64,000 nt of DNA from Chrysomallon squamiferum (lineage: Eukaryota; Animalia; Mollusca), in the NCBI GenBank assembly GCA_012295275.1, contig CM022679.1, positions 18,166,001-18,230,000 on the forward strand, read 5' to 3'. Every line of letters starts with the position of its first letter. The first letter of the stretch is position 1. The notes beneath the pieces were generated by a model, which had not been told where the DNA came from, made no database searches, and worked only from the letters and a program-made list of their open reading frames with translations. The translations under genes were made by a program, and so were the position numbers. Shown here one piece after another: positions 12,525-26,276 of this stretch.

Positions 12525-15500
12525 TTATATTTTGGGCAATTTTGGTGCACTGACTACAGGATTACTCTGCTCTAATAACTTGCGACCTTCAGTTTTATAG
12601 TCGAAAGTGCAACTGTGTGACTCTGCATAGCGATGAGTGGCACAAAAATTGTTTCCGCATCTGAAACAGATAAAAGTAAGTGGAAATAAATACTGATCAG
12701 TATTAAAAGAAATGTTAGAGCATTTCTTTTAGTGAAGACAATACAATTTATGTTCTATTATTCAATGAAAATATTACTTTATATATATATACATATAGAT
12801 TTTTTAATAATTTCGTAAATATACTTTACATTAAATGTTTACTCTATTAACTTTTCAAGTTTAACATTTAATACTTGCATTTCTAGGTTGCATTTTACAT
12901 TAAACAAATGACAAAAAATCTATTTTTGTAACTTTATTTTGCTCTCTCTGAGACATAATCTACATTTTCTTTTAAAAAATGCACTATACACTTTAAATAT
13001 ACGGTTACATGTTGAATAGATAATGCAACAATCTAACAAGATTAAACTGATCTTAAATTTATTTGCCTTCTTCAAATAAGCCAAGTAAACTACTACTGTC
13101 CAACAAAACTTATTAAACAGATACTTTTGTCCAAGGATAATTTTGTTAAAAAACAACACAAAACGAATAATTTATTCTGACCTGCACTGGTAGCTGGTAG
13201 CCAAGCCTGTTCTTTTGGCACAAGCATAACATCTCTTTGACGCTTTCTTTTTGGCCTTCATTGGAGGAAGGCGATGTGTGGGAGATACTAGTCGAGCATC
13301 TTGATTCATAGATATATGATTCACATGAGCAGACTACAAACAAAAATATCAACAGCTATGGGTCATAACACATTCAGATTGAATAGCCTGATATGCCAAG
13401 ATTCATATTTAATAAACAATGGGCTTACCCATATCTCTGATTCTGATATTAAAGAGCTAACAATACAAACTGCATTAATATCCACATAAAAATACATTTT
13501 TTTCAAAACAGTTCATTATAGATTTGGACATCATAATGATAATACTGTCACGGAATTCAGATTGCATAAACAAATTTGTTACTTCAATCAGATCCACTCC
13601 ATTTATTTTTAAGCGATGGAATTCAGATTGCGTAACTAATTGTTACTTCAAATCACATCTGCTCTTTTTGTTTCCACTAATTTTTTAACTCCATGACTTT
13701 GTTATAAAAAGGCTGGCATTTGGTAATTAAGCAGCGAGAGTGAAGGAAATGGTCAAGACAAGAGTTCAGTCTGGCAGGGAAACCAATGTTTTTGAATGAC
13801 ACTGTCTTTACAGACGAGTATGGTAAGCAATTGTCTATTCTAATTTTGATAGGCTGTAATGTGCAATTAACCTGTGTCAATAATATTTATTATACCAAAA
13901 ATGTTAAGGTTTTAATCTGTCATCTGTGCAGATTCTTATTTTGTCTTGGTTCCCTGTATGACCTTTCTCATATCATTAATCAAAATTACTTAAAACGTGT
14001 GTTTTCTGATTGTATAATGTATTATCATGTCACCTGTATATCATAATTAAATAATTAACGTGAACCTTAACTTGCGTTGTTTATTTCTCTAGTGGATAGA
14101 TATACATTACTGATTTATATAGATTGCTGTCACTTTAGCGATTATATTCCTTGTTAGATGGCCATTAAAGCACCTTGTTACCCTAGACTGAGCCTTAATA
14201 AAACATCCAAGGTGTTTAAAGGTGTGAGCCCCATGACAATACTAAAATTAAATATAATTCTGCCAAACTTCAAAGTTCATAAAATCATTGATTTTCACAA
14301 GACCATTAACATGGTCAAAAACTATACCTTTGAAAATACATAACTTCATCTCTAATGGTACTGCAAACATATTTCTTGTTATTCTACATTAATCAGTGAA
14401 GAAATTGAGATGATAAAATACATATTGAATAAATAAAGAAGAAGATGTGAAACATTACTATTTTGTTTTTTTTCAACTTTTTTCTTTTAACAAGTGGCAG
14501 TCTAATTGCCCTTTCCCCTTGAAAATGGACCTCAAAGCATATTAAGAAATCATGGACTAAAACCAGATAGTGAATTATACTGTAAGAGTACTTTGAGAAG
14601 TTACAATGTATGGTAAATGGAGCAAAAGCTAAGTTCACTAAGGTATGAGTTAAGAAGTAACTTTTGAAAAAATGTCTGTTAACAGTGCCTTTGAACATGG
14701 GAATGAACTTAACAAAGCAAATGTCAAACCAAAGAAGAGACTGTTCCAGACTCAGGTGGCCATTGATGAAGAAAAATCATCTTCAGGGTCCTCAGAGGTT
14801 TCGTCAGCTGAATGATAAAGATCTTATAATTAAGCTGTAATAATTCCACCAATTTTAATTTACCATTTCCAGCTGAAGTTGCAGTAACTGCATAAGGAGT
14901 GTTGTATTATTTTTTTATGTATGCAGTATGTTTTGAACCAAGTTTCTAACGTAATAAGCTTAAATTTTCCACTGACACTAATTAACCTCCCTTATTCCAA
15001 CATTAGTTCTATTATTTATTTCCAAGGCATTGCTATAACCAACAAAAATCAAATTAGAAGGTAAATACTCCAGAATAAGTCACAACAATTCAGAAACTGG
15101 AGTCAGGTGACCATGGTGACTTTTGTTTTATTCAGGTGTCAGAAAAAACAAACTACTCAAATGCATCTTATGAAAAGAATTATCATTTTGCTCTCCCTCA
15201 AGATCCATCAAAGAGAATCATGAGGCCTTTTGACTTAACAGCGAATTGGCTTTGATGGCCATGACTTACTGCTTGATTCAGCAGAAAACAAGCTCTGGTG
15301 ATGTCTCTTTCAGGCAGGGGATTTGGCTGGATAGTTGCATTGAAATTCAATTCAGCAAAATATTTTTGAAAGGGGCATGTTGCTTGAAAATAGTCAAGAG
15401 ACTTTAAAGAACTTCTTCATCAGGAGTTTCTACTGTTTTCAGGAAGCACCAAATTTAAACTGGATATACAAATGAAGTTAAGAACTTTTGTTTAGTCACA

Positions 15501-18500
15501 TTTGTTTATAGGAAGAAAGCTTGTAGAATTTACCCTATGAAATCAAAAAGTAATGACTGAACAGTGTTCATGCTACATGCTCATAGTTCCATTACAAGAT
15601 GAAGTAATATGAAGTTCAACAGTTTTTCACAAAATGAAGTAACAATAATGCAAAAAACTGAATGATAAGACTTCAGATTTTGCCATTCATGTAGTTTTTA
15701 ATTAAAATAAGGACTTTAAACAGAAAATACATCAAGCATTCAAGTCAGGAAAAGTAGTCTATAGAATATGGTGGACCACTATCACTGATAGTATTTAGAG
15801 CACCTACACAGCATCTGTATAAATTACTTCTTAAATTATGAAATTTTTTAAATGCACTATTTTTATGGTTCCAATGTGGCAAGGCAGTCTCTCAAATGTT
15901 AAAGAAACCTTAAAACTATCATATTAAAAAATAAATAAAATTTCATAAAGGCAAAATATGTTACTAACCATAAGGCTATTTTCTGGTGTTGCAACATGGA
16001 CATCCTGACAGCTGCCTCCCCCTACAGAATAGCCATTCAAACAGGACTTGCTTGAACTAGATACAAAACTACCAATGTGTGATGAGCCAATCTTTTCAAT
16101 AGCAGCTTGTTTCAATAAACCAGACATAGCACGTGCTTCAGTTGTACTGAGGCTCTCTAGTGCAAACTCCTTCCTTTTCTCCATTCCAGAGTATTTTGAA
16201 GTAGTTGTCGGTCTCAACACAGAATCACGAAGGCCTAGGGTAATCTCCTTTTTAGCTGATGATGTAGATCGTTTGAATGTCTCAGGCATTTTCGTTGGAC
16301 TTTCAGAATGGGATTCAGATTTCTTTTTAATGTTATCTTTAGATGATAGTGAAGGTCTGAAAACCTCTTTAAAATTATCTACATTCAAGTCTCTTCTGCA
16401 AGAGGCAGAAGACTGAAGCATTCTGCATGAATCTGCCAAACTGCTCAATCTGTACACATCCTTTTTCAGTGAAGATCCTGAAGCTATACTAGATGCATCT
16501 GTATTCTTGACATCAACACTAGGTTGTTCATCATTCATAGTACTGTCTTCATTCAATACATGCAACATTTGCCCTATTTTGACTGATGAATCTGAACAGT
16601 TCCTTGCACCATCAACAACACTTTCTATAGGTATTAATGTTTCTGAGTCACTTTTGTCTGCCACTGACTGTGTGCTATATGTACAACCAACTGGTGGTAA
16701 GCATGTATTTTTGTTCAGTGTCTGACTGCAAGGTTGTCCTACTGCATTCGGTATTTGGCGCAGTCTCATCCTACTACTAGCTCTTGAAGAAACATTTGCC
16801 TGACCAGGTGATGGTGGTTTTGGTACCTTCTGAAATATAAAAAATAATATACAAAACAATTTCCTTATAAAACTCATAATATTAATGCAACATCTTGCTA
16901 GATGAAATTACAAAATTGAAGTGCATAGAAAAATAACTTTTTCAACACTCAAGCTTAATTTTTGATATATGTTATTAATTTACTAACAAATTTATTAATA
17001 TAACAAGATGATATTTTCTAAAGTAATATATTAAAAATAGGTACTATCATTTATAAATATATAAATTTTCTTTGTATAAATCAAAAATATAAAATCACTC
17101 AATATCTAACTTTATTTCATAAACAATTTTTTATTTTTTATTCCGTATTTCAGATTTTAAAGCTAAAACAATTTCATTTCACTGAGAAAATAAATACTTT
17201 ATTAAAATTATTTAAGTTTTGGGGGTTTTTTCTGATGTATCATACAGTAAGAATTTAGCAAATGTAAAAATGGCATCTGTGTTTTTAACTACCACCAACC
17301 TTTCTGTGAATACTGAGTTTATCCATATTAACTCGAAGTTTAGTCATTTTCTCTTTCATCTTGTCATTTTCTTCAGTCTTCTCCTTAGGAGGAGAATCAT
17401 CATCCTCATCTTCATCATTAAAGTTATAAACAGAGGCACTGAAAAAAAATTAATCAGTGGCAAACAAATACAGAAAGATTTGAGTCCGTAATCATTAAAA
17501 TTTGTGCTGACTTCAAAATTAACATATGCTTAATTCTAAACTAAGCAAAAAACATTAAGAAAATTAAGAAAGATATATGCCTAGATTTGTATTTAGTTAT
17601 GTTATATTTACCTGTTCAGAAAATATATGGACAATCACAGAATATATGGACATTTTTTTTTTTTAGCTTATCTCCATCTCAACTATCTTTTTATAGTATT
17701 AATCTGCCCCTTCTTCCATGATTGACTGTCTGTTAAGATTGCAATTGATTAAGAAAATACATTTCAATAGATCTTTTAAAATTCATTAACATACTGGATA
17801 CATATAAAGCATCTCCCTTCCATTTAACAATGCAAGTCTGTATTATTTAGTATGTTTCTCCCATCAAAATATATATTTAACAGATCCAGTCTGGAACTTC
17901 CTGGACAATATTTATTTTCCTGAATGTTCAATTTTTTTTTTCTTATTCCTTTGATTCTGATACAAGCTAATACAAATGAGATAATTCAAATATGACCTTT
18001 CATATTTGAATTATCTCATTTGTATTAGCTTGTATCAGAATTTAAGGAAAAGGTCTGTCATCAAAATATGCAAACCCTAGAAATCTGGAGTTTGTATTTG
18101 TTATGAACTAATAAAAAGAAAACTTACCTCAGAGTCTCAGACAGTGGTGTTAATGTGCCATCACCTCGGTCCACCACACGAAAAAAATTGAGCTGGTCAC
18201 CTTCACGAAACACAAGAAGAGTGACGTGCCTGTTATTAGGCAATTTATCCAAAATCTCATCTCTATTTGCCTCCATATATTCAGCCATCTCCCTGAGTGT
18301 AGAGTCTTCAACAGGAACTGCAGTTAATAAAACATTAGTATTGAATTAACCCACTGGTATATATGATTGATGCCACAAACAACAGCTGTTTTTTTTGGTC
18401 ATAAAGCTACAATTAATTCTAGCATAGAAAAAAATCAATCCATTTTCCCTTCCTCATAACATTTCATATTAGGAATTCACCGACTTAATTCTACAACTTT

Positions 18501-21500
18501 GTCCACTTTACCAATAGTTAATTGACTAGATCGAACTATATTAATTTTACAGTCAATTCTAGCAGAAAAATCAAGTGGTTTTCTATTTTCAGTTATAATC
18601 TTTAGCACCTTATAGAAATATATTTAGTTTTAAAGGATATTTAAATATCAAATCCTTTATTAATGTAACTAAAACATTAAACATAATATGTTTATTTTCT
18701 AATTCATTAAAGGATAAATAATTTACACTGGAGTAATAATGTATGAATAAAACAAGTCAAATATTGGATACATCAATGTGTAAATTTTATTAAACAGGAT
18801 TTATTTATTTAGCTTTCAGGTTATCGAATAAGTTTTCCACTGATGTTTAAATTATTGTCTACTGACTTAAAACTTTAGTAAAAAAAACACTAATTAGAAT
18901 AAAAGTTGTCCACTTTATTTTCTCAGCAGTGGCCATTTCTATAAGGATAATGAAAATAAAATGTTGAGTATATATTCATTATTAATCAATATTTATTTAT
19001 ACAGATTTCATTAAAGTACCAAGTAAACAAACAAAACCAACCAATTTTTATAAATTCAAATATTTCCAGATTAATGTACAATTTTTTATACAATTATATA
19101 TTTGGGGTTCACATGTCCATGTCTAATGTACAATGTCCAAACACCATAGATACAAGAGATATTATTATACGAGTCTAGCATGGCTGCAGATATGATCCCT
19201 TTGACCGTGATGATATCCTTATAAAACATACAACCATGCCTTGCCTACAGCCACAATTTTCACTTCCTTCATCATTTTAATCTGCAGGGGCTATCACTTC
19301 TTATCTTGGGCAAACAATGTCTTTGTAAGGATAGTCAACAAATTCACTGTAGGATTTATTGAGATACTGAACTGGGACAGTCCTAGAGGATCAGCTGATG
19401 TAGCCTCTATCAGAGGGAAAATTGTATCTGATAACAGAACTGGAAAGGCAATTTCTTTACTATTGCAGTTCTTCTATTTAAAACCAATCCTTGGATGGTC
19501 AACATCAAACCTGAAAAATATGTAAAAATAGTTGTCAGGACCATGACACTATGATATAAAAGGTAATTATTCTACAAAAAACGCAATACTGGAAATAAAT
19601 AAAACAAAAATAACTGAACCAATCAGCTATCAACTGTATAGGTTTACAAGAGGAACAGATTTGTAATAGTCTCTGGAAAAGGCTTACTGGTCACAAACAG
19701 GGACCTGGGCCATGTTAACTGTGACATTCCCATTTTCCACTTCTTCCAATACACTAAGTGCAGGATGACTTTGTGCTTGAATGCTTTCACATGAAACCCA
19801 AAACACCAACCAGGGACAAATTTAGTATGAGGAACGTGAGAATGATATTTATGAAGATTCATTGCCATTCTCCATACATACAGTACTAAAAAAATACATG
19901 CTAGTAGGACACAACTGCATTTGATCCTTTACTGATGAGATGGGCTGCATCAGTAAGGAAGTTTACTTTTCAAGTAAGGCCTCAAAACAGACAATAGAAC
20001 TATCTATAATGATAGCTTTTGAGCATCAGCAGTGAATACAAGGCAAAAGGTCAGTTATGGCATTTTCCAGACCCTCTCTCTATTGTTTACATCAATGTGA
20101 CTGGTACTCTGAAGATCATTTATTGTTATTCTGTCACATCCAACATAAATCCGTCTTTGGTCTGGCTGCAATGATGAAAGGGCAGAATTTGTTGCAAAAT
20201 TCCCAAAATCTGTTGGACCCTATGACCCTTTCTCCTGAGAATAAGAAATAATTTTGAGTAAAGAGAAGACTAGGAAATATTCACATCAGAATTATATGGT
20301 ATTAATTTTAAAGCTTCAATGCATTTACAGTAATTCATGCCTTCTTATTTACAGTCAACAGGTGAACTTCCATGCTAAATAAAATAATATTGCACAGAAA
20401 CATTTTTCTTCTATTAGTTTTGCTTTTCCATTGAAGATCATGGAAAATATATTTCTTTCCGTAAGCTCTATGCTCACTCTCTGAAATGATAAGAAAACCT
20501 CATGACAACAGTCAATAGTTATCAAAATCTGTACAGTTAAAATGCATTTTTTTTGTGTCTTAAAATACCCAGTAGGACTAGCTACTAGGCAAAGTTAAAG
20601 TGGGACTAGAACAAAGGAAAATAACAGTATGTAAAAAATAAAATTCCAATATGCATGTATCTGATTAGCCTAACCTCTCAATAATTCCTTTTAACAAGAA
20701 TCTTGATGTGTGAAGATGGTCTGTTTTATATCACCTCTCTTAAACCTGTCTGTATAGCTTGTGAGGGATTAAACTTCTTTGTGTTAGTATATGACTAACT
20801 CAGGGCCCATAACTCATTGTTGCATCAATCAAAGGAATTGCTCTCGTATGTTCCTCTTTTGCCTATTAATTTCAGTGTATTTAAGTGCTGTTTCTTTTGC
20901 TTTTTTTTAATTTTATAGTGATTTATCAGTGTAAATAATACACAAAGCAGAAAGAATAGCATTCTTTGTTTGGCCACAGATGCAGTGCCACATTGCCAAC
21001 AACTTTATAGTCCTGAAAAAAAATATAGAGATGGCAATTTCTATAAAGTAACCTCCAGTCATGACAGAACATTAAAGAACAGATGAATAGATGGATCAAA
21101 GGAACATTATTATATCCATCCAATAAACAGTCCCCTGGTACTGGTGAACTTTCTACTCTCTCTCTCTCTCTCTGCCTTGTTGATGCTATAATCTCTAACA
21201 TCCTGACATTTAAACTTAGGAAAAAAGAAAAAGAAAAATGTATGCAAATACATGTATCAGGATAAGAGCTGCTGGCTTTTATGTTATATATTTTACATTT
21301 TCTAGCCATATTCTAGCAGCTATCCTACATAATTTCAGCAATCCTACAGAATTAGGCCATTTGACAAATTCGTTTCAGATGTTAACCAGTTCCATGTGGA
21401 AGGGCAATAGAATCATTTTCATTATCAAAGCTTTATCATTAAAAGATTTATGTTTATATGGATTTTCAGTGAGAAGATATTTTGATACAGTAGCTAGGAT

Positions 21501-21850
21501 CACTGAAATACTTCGTTTATAAGATCCCAAGTATGTCAGCACAAGGCTAGCACCGTCAGTAATCTGTCCTGTGACTAATAGCTAAATAAATACCATTAAC
21601 CTGCATACAGAACACTCATCAATCCAGGTCTATTCCAACTTGCTCATTGCCATTCACATCTTCTTCTTTTTTTAACAAACTGTCAATAACACTGTTAACC
21701 ATCATCATACTAAGATACTTGCTTTAGAATTTTTAAAATTTGATGTGATTTCAACAGTAGCATGCATAGCCCTTTTTAGTTTCAACAGAAAGTTATTCAT
21801 TTTAAATCAGCTAAGAAACTTGCAGTAATGTTTTGAACACATAAAAATTA

Positions 21851-21885
<35 letters not shown>

Positions 21886-22351
21886 ATGAATGAATGAATG
21901 AATGAATGAATGAATGAATGAATGAATGAATTAACAATAATAATAATAATAAAAATACATTTCTTAATAAATAAAAAATTATAAAAGATATCAAGCATCA
22001 AAGGCATTCATACTAATGCAGATGCCTAATAATAACTTGCTCACCTGAATTTGGAACCTTTTCCCCTTCAACTTCAGCAAATTTCTAGGCTGTGCAACTG
22101 GCATAATCTTTAATGTCATTATCTGGCATGATCATGCTGGTCATTTATCCTCAGAAAAACAATCTTCCATCACCATCTGAAGTATGTTTCATAATGCTTT
22201 CCCAAGGTTTTGGAAGATATTCACTTAATAAATTACCCATATCTGAGAGTTCATTTACATTAACATTTAATACTTTTGCAATTTTTTGGCTAAAAATGTG
22301 TGCTCTGGAATATGTTCCAGATTTTGGTCAAGCATGTGCAGAATTCATATC

Positions 22352-22403
<52 letters not shown>

Positions 22404-25191
22404 CTCTACATAAATATTTTCATCTGTAAAGTTTTGTTCCAGTGTCCTGGTTTTAATCATAACAAAATTCAGTTAAAGTAAATTCTTCATGAAGGTGATA
22501 AATGCAAAAAACTAATGATATTTTTGCAGGCTAGTGATGTGAGCTGATACATTACATGATACAGTATCCATTTTATTTAAGCAGCAAACGTAATTTGGTT
22601 AATTTTTAATACTACTATAAGCAGTGGTTATCAAATGAATAATAAATGATACATACACTGCATGCTATATTTAATTTGAGGAGGAATTTTTGTAATATAC
22701 TCTCTCTTCAGCTGTCTTCAGGATCAGACAGATAACAGATTGTTTTTACTAAAATACATAATGAATATCTTGCAAGATATTTGATTTGTTTCCATACACA
22801 TAACACACACTTTTTCAGGAAATTATATTACAAAATATGTACTTTGTATTTTACACTGCACTTTTTCTAATTGCGGATGTATGAATGAATATATAACTTG
22901 TATTAATAAGAAGAAATATTTTATTTTTTATAGATTTTTAATTTAATTAGATACCAAAAAGTTATAAATAATGAAGATCTGGCTATTTCTGATTGCTAGG
23001 TTACATTACCTTGGGTGACATAATAAGCTGGTAATTCAAAACCGATGAAGACTTACTTAATATTTATTTAAATAAAAAACTAAAAAAGATATAGAACTGA
23101 ATTACGTGATAAATATAATTTATAATGTGAAAAATATCTAAGAATTATTCTGTTCATAGAAATTATAACATAAAACATTTAAAACCATCTATATTTACAG
23201 AATTGTTAATAGCATAGTTAGTGAATCAATGGGACTTATAGGCACCTGTTTTTGGTGTTGTGGTACAATTCGAAATCTGCATAAACACACATACACACCT
23301 CCACACTGCTCTCTATTATGACTTTATATTTAATGCATTGGCATCAGTTTATCATAAAAAGTTCTAAGTAGATATCTTGCTAAATAAATGAATCTAACCA
23401 AAACAAAAAAGAAAAATAATGGCCAAATAATAATATGCAGAGAACTTTGAGGTATAAGTTATATCTGAAATGTTACAGGACAGCCACAACACATAAATTA
23501 TTAAGCAATAGCAGCCAGGAATCTTGACACTGTAAACATCTGTACATAGTTTATTTACCTCTGCGAGTATTAATAGGGCCCCCTCGCATAGCCAGAACTA
23601 ATCTCAGTGTTGCTCCACTGTGGATACTGTAGTCATGGAGACAATAATCATCTTCAAGTTCTACTGACTGCCATATTAGATGTTGGTGAGAAATTGGTAT
23701 ACCTAAAATAATATTTTATTTAAATATTTTTAAAATAAAAAATAAATAATAAATTTTAAAAACTTTTATGACTTTTTTTAGCAAAATGCCCTGTTAACTA
23801 ATATTAACATAAACTGATCAAAAACACTATGACATTCCTTTTTTACAGTTAACAATTTAAACAATGACATCAAACTATTTTCCTTATTATACAAAAATAA
23901 GCAAAGACATGGAAACATTTTTCTTATAATTTTAAATATTATCAGCAAACTTGCAAATGACAAATAAACTTGCAGTTTGTATCTACTCCAAATTAAAAGT
24001 GCTTATACTCGAACTTTTATTACTATTTGTTTGGATTTACTGCTAGAGCAGATAAAAAAGATTACATAAAATATCATCATCAATGGTGTCATAACCAGTA
24101 TGTACGCAAGAAAGTTTACTGTACCCAAAACAAGTATAGTGGGTCTTTTCTTGCAAAAGTATATGATGGAAAAAAAAGAGGAAAAATTAGTTGATTTGAC
24201 AACTTTTGATAAATGAAAGTAGATTTATATAGTTTTACATGAGCTTTTTATATCAGTATCTGCTGCTGTAAAACAAACAAAAGATGAAGCAAAATATTGA
24301 ATAAACTGTCCTCTAACAATGGGAAGGCATAAACTGCAAGGTTACTGAACTTTCTTTGGAGATTCCTGAAATATTTCACTAAATGCATTCATCTTAGATA
24401 TTATAATGTGGGAAATATTGATCAAATTAACAACATGAAGGAATAAACTGCAAGGTTACTGAACTTCCTTTGGAGATTCCTGAAACATTTCACTAAATGC
24501 ATTCATCTTAGATATTATAGTGTGGGAAATACTGATCAAATTAACAACACAGTCAAACAAATATTTCAAGATGTGGATTTCAAATCAGATTACATTATCA
24601 CCAACATTCATTTAAATACTGTTTAAGAAAACATTTTCACAAGTGCCAGTAAATTAATATAAATTATTTTCTTCTAACTAAACTCAACTAGGTAAGTGCC
24701 ACACATTAGTAACCAGGGTTAATTTATTAATAAAATGTAATAATTATCAGTGTTTAGTATCATTCTAAATTTCTAAGATCGGTTTCACAAAATATCATTC
24801 TCTTTGTTCATTATGATAAATGCACGTATTGCTGCCAAAAAAATAATTAACTTTTACTTTGATGTACAACAAATACACACAAAGTCAACATTTTCTGCAA
24901 GAAAAGGATTTAAAATGCTATTTGATAAGCAGTCGTTAACCAATCAACATTTTCTCCAAAATAAAATTTCTATTTGTTACCACTTGCTCATGAAATCATT
25001 TATTTACAAATTGAATAAAATATTATTTATTAATGAGAAAGCTATAAAATAAAAATTCGTCTGTGTTTTATATCTACTGTTTCAGTACCTTCCAGCCTTT
25101 GTATCTTCGCTTTGACTGACATTATCGTTTCGAAAGGCGAAACACGAAGTTCAAAGGCTGTTCCTGTCAGTGTTTCCACAAACAACTCCAT
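12525..25191 (-). CDS. ZFAND4: AN1-type zinc finger and ubiquitin-like domain protein (ZFAND4/ANUBL1), 7 coding exons, about 574 aa
   Basis: Exons (minus strand, all GT-AG, phases consistent, 1725 nt total): 25191-25089, 23702-23559, 18317-18128, 17438-17300, 16829-15969, 13333-13182, 12660-12525. N-terminal UBL domain MELFVETLTGTAFELRVSPFETIMSVKAKIQRLEGIPISHQHLIW...LVLAMRGGP; RVVDRGDGTLTPLS motif; C-terminal AN1 finger CYACAKRTGLATSYQCRCGNNFCATHRYAESHSCTFDYK...PKLPKI*. Confidence 0.95.
13546..14238 (+). mobile_element. Solo LTR (Gypsy-type) in ZFAND4 intron 5
   Basis: TGTCACGG...CCATGACA termini (TG...CA with a short imperfect inverted repeat), 4-bp direct repeat ATAC on both sides (13542-13545, 14239-14242), AATAAA near the 3' end, and an internal ~66-bp tandem duplication at the 5' end. 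Confidence 0.75.
17946..18049. repeat. Perfect hairpin (42-bp stem, 4-nt loop) in ZFAND4 intron 3
   Basis: 17954-17995 is the exact reverse complement of 18000-18041 with loop CCTT; the stem extends a further 8 bp with 2 mismatches. Confidence 0.95.
19200..21050 (-). mobile_element. Decayed DNA-transposon transposase (Sola-like, GHTKF-x-PDW-x-FG type) in ZFAND4 intron 2
   Basis: Broken minus-strand frames in the expected order: RFKRGDIK..PSS (~20730), FCPFIIAARPKTDLCW (~20160), VWRMAMNLH...HTKFVPGWCFG (~19830), RFDVDHPRIG (~19500), QYLNKSYSEFVDYPYKDIVCP (~19340). Many stops and frameshifts; the superfamily assignment is from recalled motifs. Confidence 0.6.
21850..21930. repeat. Compound (TAAA)n(TGAA)n microsatellite
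   Basis: Direct reading of the sequence. Confidence 0.9.
22353..22401. repeat. (TG)n microsatellite
   Basis: Direct reading of the sequence. Confidence 0.95.
24323..24549. repeat. Tandem duplication, 2 x ~114 bp, in ZFAND4 intron 1
   Basis: The unit beginning GAAGG(C/A)ATAAACTGCAAGGTTACTG occurs at 24323 and 24437 with few substitutions. Confidence 0.9.
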
Positions 25192-25922
25192 CAGTGGAAG
25201 GTCCTCGATAATCCGAGGCCTGCCCTTAACACTAGGAATTTCCGTGATTACAGTATCCTTTAATGTGCAGGGTCAAACATTTTCAGATTAACAAACCTGA
25301 CTCTGCTTTGTCCTAAAACCAAAACAACATTGAACGACCGTTAACAAACAGTTTAAGTAATGGCCATGATGGGTTAAACTAGGAAACAAATATATTCCGA
25401 GTGAAAACCTTTCTTTGTCAGTTTAAATGAATTTAACAGATCAGTCTAAAGTTTGCCAATTACACACACAGTAAGTTACTCAAAAACAAAAACATGGAGG
25501 AGTATTGGTATTCGAGGACATCATGAGTACCCGTATGTTGTAGTCACTGACAACAACTTTCCGTCACGTGCGGATAAAACAGTATTACACGTAAACGAAA
25601 TCAGATTCAGTATTAAATTAGATTATAAAGTTAATTTTTTGGATTAAAATACGCTTATGAATTTCGGGAAAAAGACAAAATGTAAACAACTATAGTACTA
25701 TTTTTCAATAAAAAGTCTTTACAAAGATAAAGATAAGAAGTAATTATTATTCATATTATTCATATTATTGTTGTTGTTGTTGTTATATTGCAATAAATCG
25801 ATTTTTTTCTCCCATATAAATATTATTTTTTAATCCATATAAAATATTTTATTTCTTTTTTTATTTATCATATATGATATTTATAGGTTATTGTAGCTAC
25901 TGGCATCCAAAATTTAATCTTG

Positions 25923-26045
25923 GAACAATTATTTTTATTTTTTAATACCATTTATTTTATTTTACTTTATTTATTTATTTATTTATGGTACGTTACAGAT
26001 CATTTTACAAAAAGAGAGCCACAAAACATAAATAAATAAAACAAA

Positions 26046-26087
<42 letters not shown>

Positions 26088-26096
26088 CAAACCTAA

Positions 26097-26149
<53 letters not shown>

Positions 26150-26276
26150 TTTGTTTTATTTATTTATGTTTTGTGGCTCTCTTTTTGTAAAATGATCTGT
26201 AACGTACCATAAATAAATAAATAAATAATTAAAGTAAAATAAAATAAATGGTATTAAAAAATAAAAATAATTGTTC
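25923..26276. repeat. ~350-bp near-perfect palindrome with (AAT)n/(ATT)n inner arms
   Basis: GAACAATT...GGTACGTTACAGATCATTTTACAAAAAGAGAGCCACAAAAC...(AAT)n is mirrored by (ATT)n...GTTTTGTGGCTCTCTTTTTGTAAAATGATCTGTAACGTACC...AATTGTTC, with a short central spacer near 26085-26097. Confidence 0.93.

Noticed and set aside
14400-15550. Possible decayed coding or transposon sequence in ZFAND4 intron 5
   Set aside because: No interpretable motif series in any frame.
16048-16725. Plus-strand ORFs of 122 and 72 aa
   Set aside because: Antisense shadows of ZFAND4 exon 5.
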